From an uncultured virus (IMG/VR IMGVR_UViG_3300010998_000812) (Duplodnaviria; Heunggongvirae; Uroviricota; Caudoviricetes): a DNA stretch of 64,000 nucleotides. A model generated the notes under the pieces. It did not search any database, was not told the DNA's origin, and saw only the letters and a list, made by a program, of their open reading frames with translations. Positions 49,500 to 58,830 of the stretch are shown piece by piece. Made by a program: the position numbers and the translations under genes. The stretch is taken from the IMG/VR virus record IMGVR_UViG_3300010998_000812. One strand, written 5' to 3'. Numbering within the stretch: the first letter of the stretch is position 1; each line of letters begins with the position of its first letter.

Positions 49500-50426
49500 A
49501 TGAGGAAAAGATATATTACAGCGGCACTTTTATGCTGTTCGTTAATCCTTGGTTCCTGTGATACCAAACCCCGGAAAGACGCAGATGTACTATCAGAATA
49601 TATAGAGACTACCTCAACTGCATCAACATCAACGGCGCCGGAAGCTCAAACAAGTACGGAAACGAGCATAGAAACCGAAGAGGAAACAAACATTATGTCG
49701 GAGACCAATACAGTTCCGAATGATGATAATATACGGAAGGAGATAGAAGGGGCTGTAAAAGAAGCAATGGAAGCCAATACAGCGATGAGAAAGGCTTACA
49801 AAGAGTCTGATACGTTAACAGACGAAGAGGTAGCCAAGAAGGTTTACGAGGCGTTTGATCTCAAAACGTATTACTATTTCTCTACCGGTAAGATAAGCGA
49901 CTGGAAAACAACGATAAAGCATTTCGAGAGCAGTGGAGCCTTGAAAAGGTCTGCGGTCACGCAATCATCCGAGGATGATGGGACAACGGATCCTACCGAT
50001 ACCAAATGGAAATTGATAGATTCTGGCTCCATAACGGACGAAAAGTATATAGATATGTATAATATGCTTTATGGAATCGACGAGGAACTGAAGTTCTTAA
50101 GTGATGCTATTCCTTCATTTGATGCAGTCAGCAGAGTTGTAGGCATTGAAGATGTATGGTGCTGCAATGTCAATGTCTGTACAAAAGCCACTGAAGAGGG
50201 TATCAGATTATTTGAGGAAACAGATCCTGAAATAATATCCGAATACACATCTACAAGAGGAATATACCTTTCCGATGATGGATATTTCGTATCTCCTATG
50301 TCTATGTTTGTATTCTACAGGGACGGCAAATGGAGAGTATGCATGGGGTATACTTCGTTGTATCGAATGACAGACCTTTATAAAAGAGGTGTTATAGATA
50401 GTATAGCAGGATTATCCGGCAGATAG
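49500..50426 (+). CDS. Lipoprotein, hypothetical
   Basis: MRKRYITAALLCCSLILGSC lipobox, Thr/Ser/Glu-rich linker. Confidence 0.75.
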   Translation: MRKRYITAALLCCSLILGSCDTKPRKDADVLSEYIETTSTASTSTAPEAQTSTETSIETEEETNIMSETNTVPNDDNIRKEIEGAVKEAMEANTAMRKAYKESDTLTDEEVAKKVYEAFDLKTYYYFSTGKISDWKTTIKHFESSGALKRSAVTQSSEDDGTTDPTDTKWKLIDSGSITDEKYIDMYNMLYGIDEELKFLSDAIPSFDAVSRVVGIEDVWCCNVNVCTKATEEGIRLFEETDPEIISEYTSTRGIYLSDDGYFVSPMSMFVFYRDGKWRVCMGYTSLYRMTDLYKRGVIDSIAGLSGR

Positions 50427-50551
50427 TAAAAACGAAGGCAGGAGCGACTTAAGTCTTCTGCCTTTTATTTGTGTAGAAAAAACAATAGTTTTCGATTTTC
50501 TTTTCGTTCAATCATACTATTATTAAATGGTCATAGATAGTTCGTGACCTA

Positions 50552-50662
50552 CGGGGCAGCTCGATGTCCTTGGGACGATGAAGTGCTTATCCGGCATAAG
50601 CAACTCTCGTTAAGGTTAATCCCACAATAGTATTCCTGTGGGCACTTGTGGTAGTGTGAGAA
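50552..50662 (+). ncRNA. Dispersed structured leader motif copy
   Basis: Conserved blocks, plus an extra 5' GGTCA/TGACC hairpin like that of the minus-strand copy. Confidence 0.85.
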
Positions 50663-50710
50663 AAATGAGAAAAATGAAAAAAATATAAATAAAGAAAAGA
50701 AGTGAGTTTT

Positions 50711-51823
50711 ATGACCAAAGAAGTACAAGATCAAAAATCGTTTTATACAAAACAAAGTGCTGAGATTGTAGAATATATCACGGATATAGTTAACAGCCGA
50801 CTCGACTTATATGAGGTTGAACACTCCTTATTCTTTTCAAAGCCAGATAAACTTGGAAGAATAGACAGCTTTACCATTCTTATCGGAAATTCAAAGGTCA
50901 ACCTGTGTGAGCCAATGTTCTTCAGTGGCACTATAAGCATCAGGGATATACAGGACACCACTCCACACAGAGAAGATGCAAACAGATATATAGCCGAAGA
51001 AGCTGTAAGGGCTGCAATGATGAATATAAGCAGGACTATTAGATATGGTGCTCGTACACAGACAGAACGTGAAACGTTGGAAATCGCATACCTTGCCCTT
51101 GACAATGTTACCGGTGAGATGTATGACAGCCTTGAAGAAATAACCCTTAAGAGTGTAAAACTCGCTCTTTTGCATGGACTGATAACATTTGAAGAGAAAA
51201 AGTATGAACTCACCTTCAGTGATGTATGGGGGTACGAAAAAGTAGAGCTTATCCCTGATTATAAAAGAAAGAGTGTATATTATTGGCATTATACGGAGGA
51301 CGAACTTGCGGAACTGATATACAAGCGTCTGTGCGAAATTAAGAGCAATAGGCTTGAGAGACATATATACGACAGTTTCAGATATATTTTCTCTCTTTTC
51401 GGCTGCGGAATGCAGGAATATCCCACATCATTCCTTATGGAAGATCAGAGACAAGAGATGCAGAAACTGAAAGAGTATCTGATAAAAAAAGGATACAGAG
51501 TGTATATGACCGAAGAACAGATCAGGTGTGTATCAATACCTAATCTTAACCTGTGCATAACGGCATATAAGAAGGACGGCGGCGCCTGCAATATAGGCAT
51601 ACTCCATATTGAGATGGATTCCATAGAAGGAATTTGTCGAAGAATGGTATTTAAAGCAAAGAACCTGTATGAGCATAGACCGACGCAAGAGGCGAAAGAG
51701 GCGGCGTACGAAGTATATAAAGATATATCACAGTACTACAGCCCACGCACAATCGCACCTGAGCCGGTGTACGCCAAATATGTATACAGGGCTCTTGTGC
51801 AAAACAAGAAAATGCGAAAGTAA
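50711..51823 (+). CDS. Hypothetical protein
   Basis: 370-aa ORF after a motif copy. Confidence 0.65.
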   Translation: MTKEVQDQKSFYTKQSAEIVEYITDIVNSRLDLYEVEHSLFFSKPDKLGRIDSFTILIGNSKVNLCEPMFFSGTISIRDIQDTTPHREDANRYIAEEAVRAAMMNISRTIRYGARTQTERETLEIAYLALDNVTGEMYDSLEEITLKSVKLALLHGLITFEEKKYELTFSDVWGYEKVELIPDYKRKSVYYWHYTEDELAELIYKRLCEIKSNRLERHIYDSFRYIFSLFGCGMQEYPTSFLMEDQRQEMQKLKEYLIKKGYRVYMTEEQIRCVSIPNLNLCITAYKKDGGACNIGILHIEMDSIEGICRRMVFKAKNLYEHRPTQEAKEAAYEVYKDISQYYSPRTIAPEPVYAKYVYRALVQNKKMRK

Positions 51824-51841
51824 AAAGAAAGGAAAAATATT

Positions 51842-52243
51842 ATGGCAGCTTTACCTAACCTTCCGTTGATACAGGAGCGGTTCTATAACAAAATCAAAGG
51901 AGAACTTGAAGAAAGGGATATAAAATACCCCGAATTTGAGGTGTTAGGTGTATTCCTACAGTTTTGGGGCAGTACGGCACTCGGTTTTGGCGGGATAGGC
52001 GGAGCCGCTGTAACGTCTGCGTATACAACCGTTATTGAGAACAATAAGCTCGGATATGTAGGAGTTTTCTTCGGAGAAAGACTCGCATACATCATATATC
52101 AGCCGAACGATAAGTTCCGGGAAGACCTCAAGGCTCGCTGTATGGTGGATGTTATGTCACACAGCAAGTATGAAAAATCTGCGGTAGAGCCTCCTCCGAG
52201 AAGTTATAAGCCGATGGAAGCCTTTGAAGACGAGATAGATTAA
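51842..52243 (+). CDS. Hypothetical protein (phage-like)
   Basis: FLQFWGSTALGFGGIGGAAVTSAYTTV..VFFG.RLAY. Confidence 0.7.
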   Translation: MAALPNLPLIQERFYNKIKGELEERDIKYPEFEVLGVFLQFWGSTALGFGGIGGAAVTSAYTTVIENNKLGYVGVFFGERLAYIIYQPNDKFREDLKARCMVDVMSHSKYEKSAVEPPPRSYKPMEAFEDEID

Positions 52244-52397
52244 GAAAAGATGTGATAATATTATAACGAAGGGGCAATCAGTTTGCGTGGTACACATCTT
52301 TCAGTAAACAAGGAAATTGAGCGAATAATTTGTGTACAAACGACAACAGTTTGTAGTTTTCCTTCCGAGAAGTCATACTAATGACAGATAAATAATT

Positions 52398-52508
52398 CAG
52401 GGCAGCTCGATGTCCTTGGGACGATGAAGTACCTATCAAGCATAGGCAACTCTCGTTAAGGTTAATTCACACATAGTATGCCGTGTGACGCTCTTTGAAG
52501 TGCGAGAG
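52398..52508 (+). ncRNA. Dispersed structured leader motif copy
   Basis: Conserved blocks after a CATACTA promoter. Confidence 0.85.
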
Positions 52509-52570
52509 GAATCAACATAGAGGAATCAACATATTTTTCTAAATATTCTTGAGCACAAGGAGGAAGGGTA

Positions 52571-53116
52571 ATGCAAGAAATACTGATGAGTATAAATCCT
52601 ATACAGTGCTTTAGGATTTTCGAGGGAAGGCAAAAGGCAGAAATAAGGAAAACCCGCCCAAACAAGGACGAAGAATTCAAAGTGTACATATATTGCACGA
52701 ATGGCATCTGCTTGTACAAAGCGCCGGCATTGGCAGATGTTGGATTTCTCTTAAGTGAGAGTGAACCGGATTTTGAAAAGTCTTTAAATTGTAAGGTAAT
52801 CGGAGAGTTTATGTGCAAGGAAATAAGCTCTTTCGATGTTCTGGAAAACGGAAATATCCGGGACTGGAACTTTTCCGGAGCTATTGACGCGGGGATGACA
52901 TATGATGCGGTTGAGGAGCTTATAGGTAGAGGGCGGACAGGCTATGTATGGCACATATCAGACCTCGTCACATATGATGAACCGAAGAAAATATCAGAAT
53001 TTAAGGCTGAAGAGGGGATAAGCCTTGTAAGACCTCCGACGTCTTGGAGGTATGTAAAAACAACGGAAGGAAATATGGACGATAATTGCTTACAAGATCA
53101 GGAAAGAGGAGGATGA
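52571..53116 (+). CDS. ASCH/PUA-like domain protein
   Basis: ILMSINP..IFEG.QKAEIRK..VYIYCT..KVIGEF..WHISDL..RPPTSWRYV. Confidence 0.75.
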   Translation: MQEILMSINPIQCFRIFEGRQKAEIRKTRPNKDEEFKVYIYCTNGICLYKAPALADVGFLLSESEPDFEKSLNCKVIGEFMCKEISSFDVLENGNIRDWNFSGAIDAGMTYDAVEELIGRGRTGYVWHISDLVTYDEPKKISEFKAEEGISLVRPPTSWRYVKTTEGNMDDNCLQDQERGG

Positions 53117-53121
53117 TCCAT

Positions 53122-53571
53122 ATGTCTATAATGGAAAAATATCAAAAAAGCACGGCATTCACCTTGCCAAACGGAACCAAAGAAAATGCCATAAAAACAC
53201 GACTCGGATTAGATAAATACAATGATTTCATCGATCGCTTGGACAAGGATCGCAAAGGAAAAACCAAAGCTGCCAGATTATTTGCAAATATGCCTGAAAT
53301 ATTGGCGCTCGGAATGACAGCTTATTGTGTAAGAAACACCTGCCTTGAGGATTTTCATGCAGAAAATACACCAATAGATGATGAAAAAATGAAAATCTTT
53401 ATGAAAGAATGCTCAGAAAAATGTTCCGAAGTACTATCTAATCTTCTATCATCTGACTATATGACAAGAGCAACGATGTCATACTTTCTCGTGACTCAAT
53501 GCGAATTTTACTGTAAAGAATGGGATATACCTGATGTCACAAATCCATCATATTTAGAAAACGAAAGGTGA
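53122..53571 (+). CDS. Hypothetical protein
   Basis: RBS GAGGAGG, VRNTCLEDFHA. Confidence 0.65.
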   Translation: MSIMEKYQKSTAFTLPNGTKENAIKTRLGLDKYNDFIDRLDKDRKGKTKAARLFANMPEILALGMTAYCVRNTCLEDFHAENTPIDDEKMKIFMKECSEKCSEVLSNLLSSDYMTRATMSYFLVTQCEFYCKEWDIPDVTNPSYLENER

Positions 53572-53578
53572 TCATAAT

Positions 53579-53779
53579 ATGACTGAACATTTTCTGATAA
53601 ACAACAAACCTGTAAAAGTATGTCTGAATTGCGGAACTGTATTTACATATACACAGGACGATATCGTTATTTGCCGTGCAACAAGCATTACACCATCAAG
53701 CACAATAAGATGCCCCACTTGTAATCATGTATACGAAGCGCCTGTCGAAGCACGATTCGAGAATGGGCAAGTGAACTAA
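53579..53779 (+). CDS. Small zinc-ribbon protein
   Basis: CLNCG..CPTC. Confidence 0.65.
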   Translation: MTEHFLINNKPVKVCLNCGTVFTYTQDDIVICRATSITPSSTIRCPTCNHVYEAPVEARFENGQVN

Positions 53780-53820
53780 TGAGAATTCCCGCTCGGATGT
53801 CTTAAAAAAGGAGTAAACAC

Positions 53821-54156
53821 ATGAATATAAATTCCAGCTATCCATATAGCCTCGTGAACGACAGGGAACATACACCGACATATCTGGCGGAAACCTTGAA
53901 GTTGTTCGGACTTAAGAATAAAGAGATTACACAGCTTAAGAATGCGCTTATGCAAAAGGAATTTCGTATGGGAGAAGGCGGGAGAAGACTGTTTTCCGAC
54001 GAGGACCTATATAATTGTCTGCTTCAGTCTGAATACGCCGCAAGATTCTGCGAAAGGCATAAACTCGGCAGTTGGCAGGAAGTAATCGCTTACAGGATCT
54101 GGAGAGAGGACGAAGATTTTGAAAGAAGCCAAACCGCTGTGAGAAGTAATGGCTAA
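53821..54156 (+). CDS. Hypothetical protein
   Basis: RBS AAGGAG. Confidence 0.6.
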   Translation: MNINSSYPYSLVNDREHTPTYLAETLKLFGLKNKEITQLKNALMQKEFRMGEGGRRLFSDEDLYNCLLQSEYAARFCERHKLGSWQEVIAYRIWREDEDFERSQTAVRSNG

Positions 54157-54288
54157 CAATTCCGATTTTTGTTTTTGTTGGTTATCTTTCATACTATTTA
54201 CATAGAGATTGTTTTGACGAACGGAGAATTGAAAACATCATCTTCATTCGCAAAATGGTTTCTGATTATTACGAAAGGAACTATACTG

Positions 54289-54459
54289 ATGACAAGAACT
54301 TACAGCAGCTACAGTCTGTATAGATGGTGGTTCGATGTTGATTGGTCGTTTGACGGTTGGTTGTTCGGCAAAACAAGCCACAGCCCCATCAAGAGACTTT
54401 CGGCACATCAGTGCGATGATACGGTACATGATACTATCATCAGCCAAAAGCCACCTTAG
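54289..54459 (+). CDS. Possible small Trp-rich peptide within a short transcription unit
   Basis: RBS GAAAGGA, own CATACTA promoter, terminator at ~54583-54616. Confidence 0.35.
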   Translation: MTRTYSSYSLYRWWFDVDWSFDGWLFGKTSHSPIKRLSAHQCDDTVHDTIISQKPP

Positions 54460-54717
54460 CGAATGAGCGGCGATTTTCCTGTATAACGGTCAAGGGTTGC
54501 AGAAACAGGCTATTGTTTCCGGCGGACACCCAAGCTGGCAAGTGTATACATAGAAATATTGCTGCATTGATGTTTTCGGCTTAAGAGGGGGATACTACGG
54601 TATCTCCCTCTTTTTGTTTTGTCTTACGAAATCACATACTATTATTATGTAAGCATTATGACGAATGGAGAATGTCTGGAAATGCTTAAACAATAACGTT
54701 TGAAAGGAAAGAATATC

Positions 54718-55602
54718 ATGATAATTGAAAGAGAAATAATTGAAAGAAAAGGGAAAGTTTTGAAAGTTCTTACGGATTGTCCTACTGCCGAAGATATTGC
54801 ATACTTCCAGCCAGCGCTTAACAGAGAGCGTATCGTTATCTCTAAGTACTATGATGACGGGGAGGAACGCAATCCTGACATTCCGGATGTGCTCGATTCT
54901 ATTGATGACGAGCTCGACGGCCTTGAAAGGCAGCTTGACAGATTTGTAGAAGCCGCATATGCAGGCATTTCATCACAGTTCAGTCGTCCGAGCAGATATT
55001 TCAGAGGAGAACGCTATACTCCTAAGCAGATAAAGGATAAGATTGGGACACTGGAAGAAATGAGAGAGGCAATCCTTAAGGATGAGGATCATGTTTATTA
55101 TAAACTTGATAATCTTAGTGGACATTATCGTCACTCCGGCAAGCCCTCATTTGCTGCGGTTCAGATATGCGAGCTTTCGCTTTACAGACCTAAGTTCAAT
55201 ATGGAATCTCTTAGATGGGATGCTGAGCCTACCACTCTGAGATGTCTCGCATTTGATAATAGCTTATATATAGTGTTGCATGATAGTGTAACATTCTTAA
55301 GCAATGTTGTTAATGCAGGTATGGGAATTGAAACAACAGAAAAGTATTATTCTCTGGATAAGGATTACATCATAGATAAGCTTAATCCCGAAGGAGATAT
55401 AGTAAAACTCTGTAGAAAATGCGGCAGACCGTTCAGGTTGACTAAAAGCCATGTCGAATGGTACAGGAACAGGAATTTTTCTTTGCCGAATTATTGCTAC
55501 AATTGTCGTAAGGAACGCAGAGAAGAGAAACAGCGTGAAGAGGAGCGCAACTGGTATCTTGAGCATGGTTGGACAGAACAGGAACTTGATGAAAGTAACT
55601 AA
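54718..55602 (+). CDS. Hypothetical protein with C-terminal zinc ribbon
   Basis: CRKCGRPF..WY..LPNYCYNCRKERR. Confidence 0.7.
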   Translation: MIIEREIIERKGKVLKVLTDCPTAEDIAYFQPALNRERIVISKYYDDGEERNPDIPDVLDSIDDELDGLERQLDRFVEAAYAGISSQFSRPSRYFRGERYTPKQIKDKIGTLEEMREAILKDEDHVYYKLDNLSGHYRHSGKPSFAAVQICELSLYRPKFNMESLRWDAEPTTLRCLAFDNSLYIVLHDSVTFLSNVVNAGMGIETTEKYYSLDKDYIIDKLNPEGDIVKLCRKCGRPFRLTKSHVEWYRNRNFSLPNYCYNCRKERREEKQREEERNWYLEHGWTEQELDESN

Positions 55603-55621
55603 ATGAAAGGAAAAGAAGAGT

Positions 55622-57121
55622 ATGAGCAGAAAGTTTGACATGATCATCAGAGGCACAATAGAGATCCCGGAAGAGCTTAATCCTATGGAGATGGATGAAG
55701 TCGAGATTGCTGAGTATATCGGCAAGAACTTCGGTGATTTTCAGTACAACGGAGAAGCTGTGTACGGTTCTATGCCTGAGCTTACAGAAGAAGAACTAAG
55801 GAAAGGTCTTGAAGAAGGGCACATTACCCTTGGGGACTGCGGCTTTAATATCAGCGACATTGAAACCGCCATCGGCTGTGACATAGATGAATATCTTGAA
55901 TCCGGTGTCGATTATAACGAAATGTCGGAAGAGGAGGCATTTCCAATAGATAAAATGATAAAAATGTTCAGAAATGCCGATGGATGCGCCAAAAGGCATT
56001 CACTGTCTGATATTATTTATTATGATAGCGAAGAAGGACAGCAAAGAAACGATGAGTTGAGAGCCTATGAAAGCTTACAGGGATTGGGGTTCTTCAGTGA
56101 CAGCTCGAACGACAAACTTAAGCCGCTTAAGGATGCAATCAAGAGGCTTGATGAGCTTATGAACGGCTTCGGCTGCTTAAATGTAAGCAGTGAATGTGAA
56201 GGCGGAGTAGTCAGCTGGACACTTACGTTTTATGTGGATAACGCTCTTCCTATCAATGAGCCGGCATATCAGTGTACCTTTACCGATTTCGAGAATAAGA
56301 GAACTGATATGGTCAAAGAGCTTAACAAAAAAGGTTCTTCACTCTATAGCTTTATCATCGGAGATATCGTCAAAACCACAGCATCTAAGTCGGGATTAGC
56401 GTACGAGCGCAGTAATGCTCTTTGCGCAATACTTGATCGTGATATAGAGTCGTATGATTACATAGGTATTAATACCATTCAGAGGGGCATTGAAGCAGGA
56501 GGTATAAATTTGACATTTAAGCCGAACTGTATCACAGCTCATATTGGAAAGCTGGAACTTGAGTGCCCTGAGCCTAAGTATAATGACGATTCAAAGGATA
56601 TAAAATTCTTGTACACATCAGAAGAGTTTGCGACATTTGTGTATAGTGCATCAACCTCGTTAAGTCCCGCTGATAAGGTATATCTTTACAGCTACTTAGG
56701 AGCGAGCGGATACTTTTGTGACCGCGCCCTTTATGGGAACAAGGACGCTAAAGCGCTTGACGAGCTCATTCGCAAGATACAAAAGGCAGCAAAAAATAAC
56801 GGATATACTTTATCTACATATCAAAAGTGGTCGTCTTCGGGACATTTTGACCTCAATCTCCCTGACGAGATAAACTTCTATTTTAAGAAGATGGAAGTAG
56901 ATGCGGCATTCAGAGTCGGAATGACCTATGCCGGAATACCGCTGAAAGACGGATATGTTTGTAAACAGCTTCTTATCGGGCTTGATGAGGTACAGAACGA
57001 CAATATAGGTAATATCCTTTATGATGATATTCCTAAGATTGAAGCAGACATAAAAAATATCAGCGTATCTGATGACAAGAAGAAGGTAAAGGACGAGACT
57101 CCACTTTTCACTTCTTGCTGA
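55622..57121 (+). CDS. Hypothetical protein
   Basis: 499 aa, RBS GAAAGGA. Confidence 0.7.
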   Translation: MSRKFDMIIRGTIEIPEELNPMEMDEVEIAEYIGKNFGDFQYNGEAVYGSMPELTEEELRKGLEEGHITLGDCGFNISDIETAIGCDIDEYLESGVDYNEMSEEEAFPIDKMIKMFRNADGCAKRHSLSDIIYYDSEEGQQRNDELRAYESLQGLGFFSDSSNDKLKPLKDAIKRLDELMNGFGCLNVSSECEGGVVSWTLTFYVDNALPINEPAYQCTFTDFENKRTDMVKELNKKGSSLYSFIIGDIVKTTASKSGLAYERSNALCAILDRDIESYDYIGINTIQRGIEAGGINLTFKPNCITAHIGKLELECPEPKYNDDSKDIKFLYTSEEFATFVYSASTSLSPADKVYLYSYLGASGYFCDRALYGNKDAKALDELIRKIQKAAKNNGYTLSTYQKWSSSGHFDLNLPDEINFYFKKMEVDAAFRVGMTYAGIPLKDGYVCKQLLIGLDEVQNDNIGNILYDDIPKIEADIKNISVSDDKKKVKDETPLFTSC

Positions 57122-57286
57122 ACGGATAATAGCATTTCAAGACAATAAACAACAGAAAAGGGATACCGTGTGTATCTCTTTTTTGTTTTGTTCCGTGAAA
57201 TTTCATACTATTTATATAGCTTTTTTAAGACGACTGGAGAGTATGTCTGAAAATGCTTAAATCTAAAATATGAAAGGAAAATGATA

Positions 57287-57958
57287 ATGATTACAGAAAT
57301 TAGAAAAAGGGACGGAAGGACTACATCGTTCAACGTCCAGAAGATAGCGGACGCTATATTCAAGGCTGCTGTAGCTACCGGCGGCAATGATTACGAAGAG
57401 GCAAACGCACTCGCGAAGGAAGTGTGTACAGTCCTTGAGCGTAAGGGCGGCGAGAACTATGTTCCTACAGTTGAGGAAGTTCAGGACGCCGTTGAAAAGG
57501 TGCTTGTAGAGACCGGTCACGCAAAGACTGCAAAGGCATACATCCTTTACAGAGCGGACAGAACTCGTATCAGAGAGATGAACACATCTCTTATGAAGAC
57601 ATATGAGGATCTTACGTTCAAGTCAGCTCAGGACTGCGACATCAAGCGTGAAAACGCTAACATCGACGGCGATACGGCAATGGGTACTATGCTTAAGTAT
57701 GGTTCTGAAGGCGCAAAGCAGTTCAATGAGATGTATGTACTCGATCCGGTTCATTCAAGAGCTCACATCGACGGGGACATTCACATTCACGACCTCGACT
57801 TCTACACACTCACAGAGACCTGCTGCCAGATAGACCTTAAGAAGCTGTTTCACGGCGGTTTTTCTACCGGTCACGGGTTCCTGCGCGAGCCTAACAGCAT
57901 AGCAAGCTACGCTGCTCTTGCTTGTATAGCGATACAATCAAATCAGAATGACCAGCAT
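57287..57958 (+). CDS. nrdD: Anaerobic ribonucleoside-triphosphate reductase, exon 1 (ATP cone)
   Basis: IRKRDGR..VEEVQDAVE, RENAN, IHIHDLD, TCCQ, ending QSNQNDQH. Confidence 0.92.
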
Positions 57959-58830
57959 TAACAAATAAATATCTGTGCCAGTATAGAGAAATCTATACTG
58001 AAAACCACGTTAACCTATGTTCAAAGGGTGTAGGAATAACTCCTTAAGAGGCAGCGTAGGAAATGACGCTTTGTATTCCTGCTAACAGGGGATTAAAAGG
58101 ATCCTGTGCCACGTTAGTATTACAAAAGTAATAACTGAAAGGTGGTGTGCGTATGGTAAGAATTAACAGTTTATACTCTTTGGAAATCGTAATGGACTAT
58201 TATTATATAAGCGAAGACTTAAGGATTGTAAACAATGTGACAAAAACAGAAAAGAAGATATCTATCAACAAAAGAGGATATCCTTATGTTACATTGGAAA
58301 CCCGTGAAAATCGGAATATAAAAGTTCCGATTCATAAAATCGTTGCTCTTGCTTTTATAAAGAATGCTCCATATGAGTTGATAGAACATATTGATGATGA
58401 CAAGATGAATTATGCCATCACCAATTTAAAGTTTTCCAATCATAAAAACAATGCGCTTTCAGCAAGTAAACATGGATTACTTCATAAAAAAGAAGCTGTT
58501 TACAGATTGTCTTTGAAAAGCGGAGAAGTTTTTATGGGAACTATAAAAGAACTTGTAAAACTATCATCAATTCCTAAAGGAACGCTATATGACAATTATT
58601 ATACTGCACGAAACGGAAGAATAAAAGAAATTGTATTACTAACAGGTTAACAGACTGTCGAAAGGCTACTTTAACGCATAAGGTCGGGCAACTCCAAATC
58701 GATAGAGAATGCCCTAATAAAGAGCACCGAGTAGAGTAGGATGGAGATGAACACCATTCCAAAATGTGGTGAACCCAGCGCTTGAAGGCGGGGTCAGTGG
58801 TATAGTCGGCGGCTTCACAAAGAAGTCACG
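57959..58830 (+). mobile_element. Group I intron in nrdD
   Basis: Exon 1 ends in T and the intron ends in G. Splicing restores QNDQH-GGQSIPNFD. P7-like CAGACTG/TATAGTC elements and an internal HNH ORF are present. Confidence 0.9.
58153..58650 (+). CDS. Intron-encoded HNH homing endonuclease
   Basis: GYPYV..IHKIVALAF..EHIDDDKMNYAITNL..N. Confidence 0.85.
   Translation: MVRINSLYSLEIVMDYYYISEDLRIVNNVTKTEKKISINKRGYPYVTLETRENRNIKVPIHKIVALAFIKNAPYELIEHIDDDKMNYAITNLKFSNHKNNALSASKHGLLHKKEAVYRLSLKSGEVFMGTIKELVKLSSIPKGTLYDNYYTARNGRIKEIVLLTG

Noticed and set aside
19400..52508. Repeated motif as a CRISPR array or integron attC sites
   Set aside because: The copies are dispersed and lack repeat-spacer periodicity. 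There are no cas genes or intact integrase, no RYYYAAC/GTTRRRY ends, and the fold is multi-stem rather than a single hairpin.
57959..57961. nrdD as a nonsense pseudogene
   Set aside because: The TAA is the first intron triplet, and splicing restores the reading frame.
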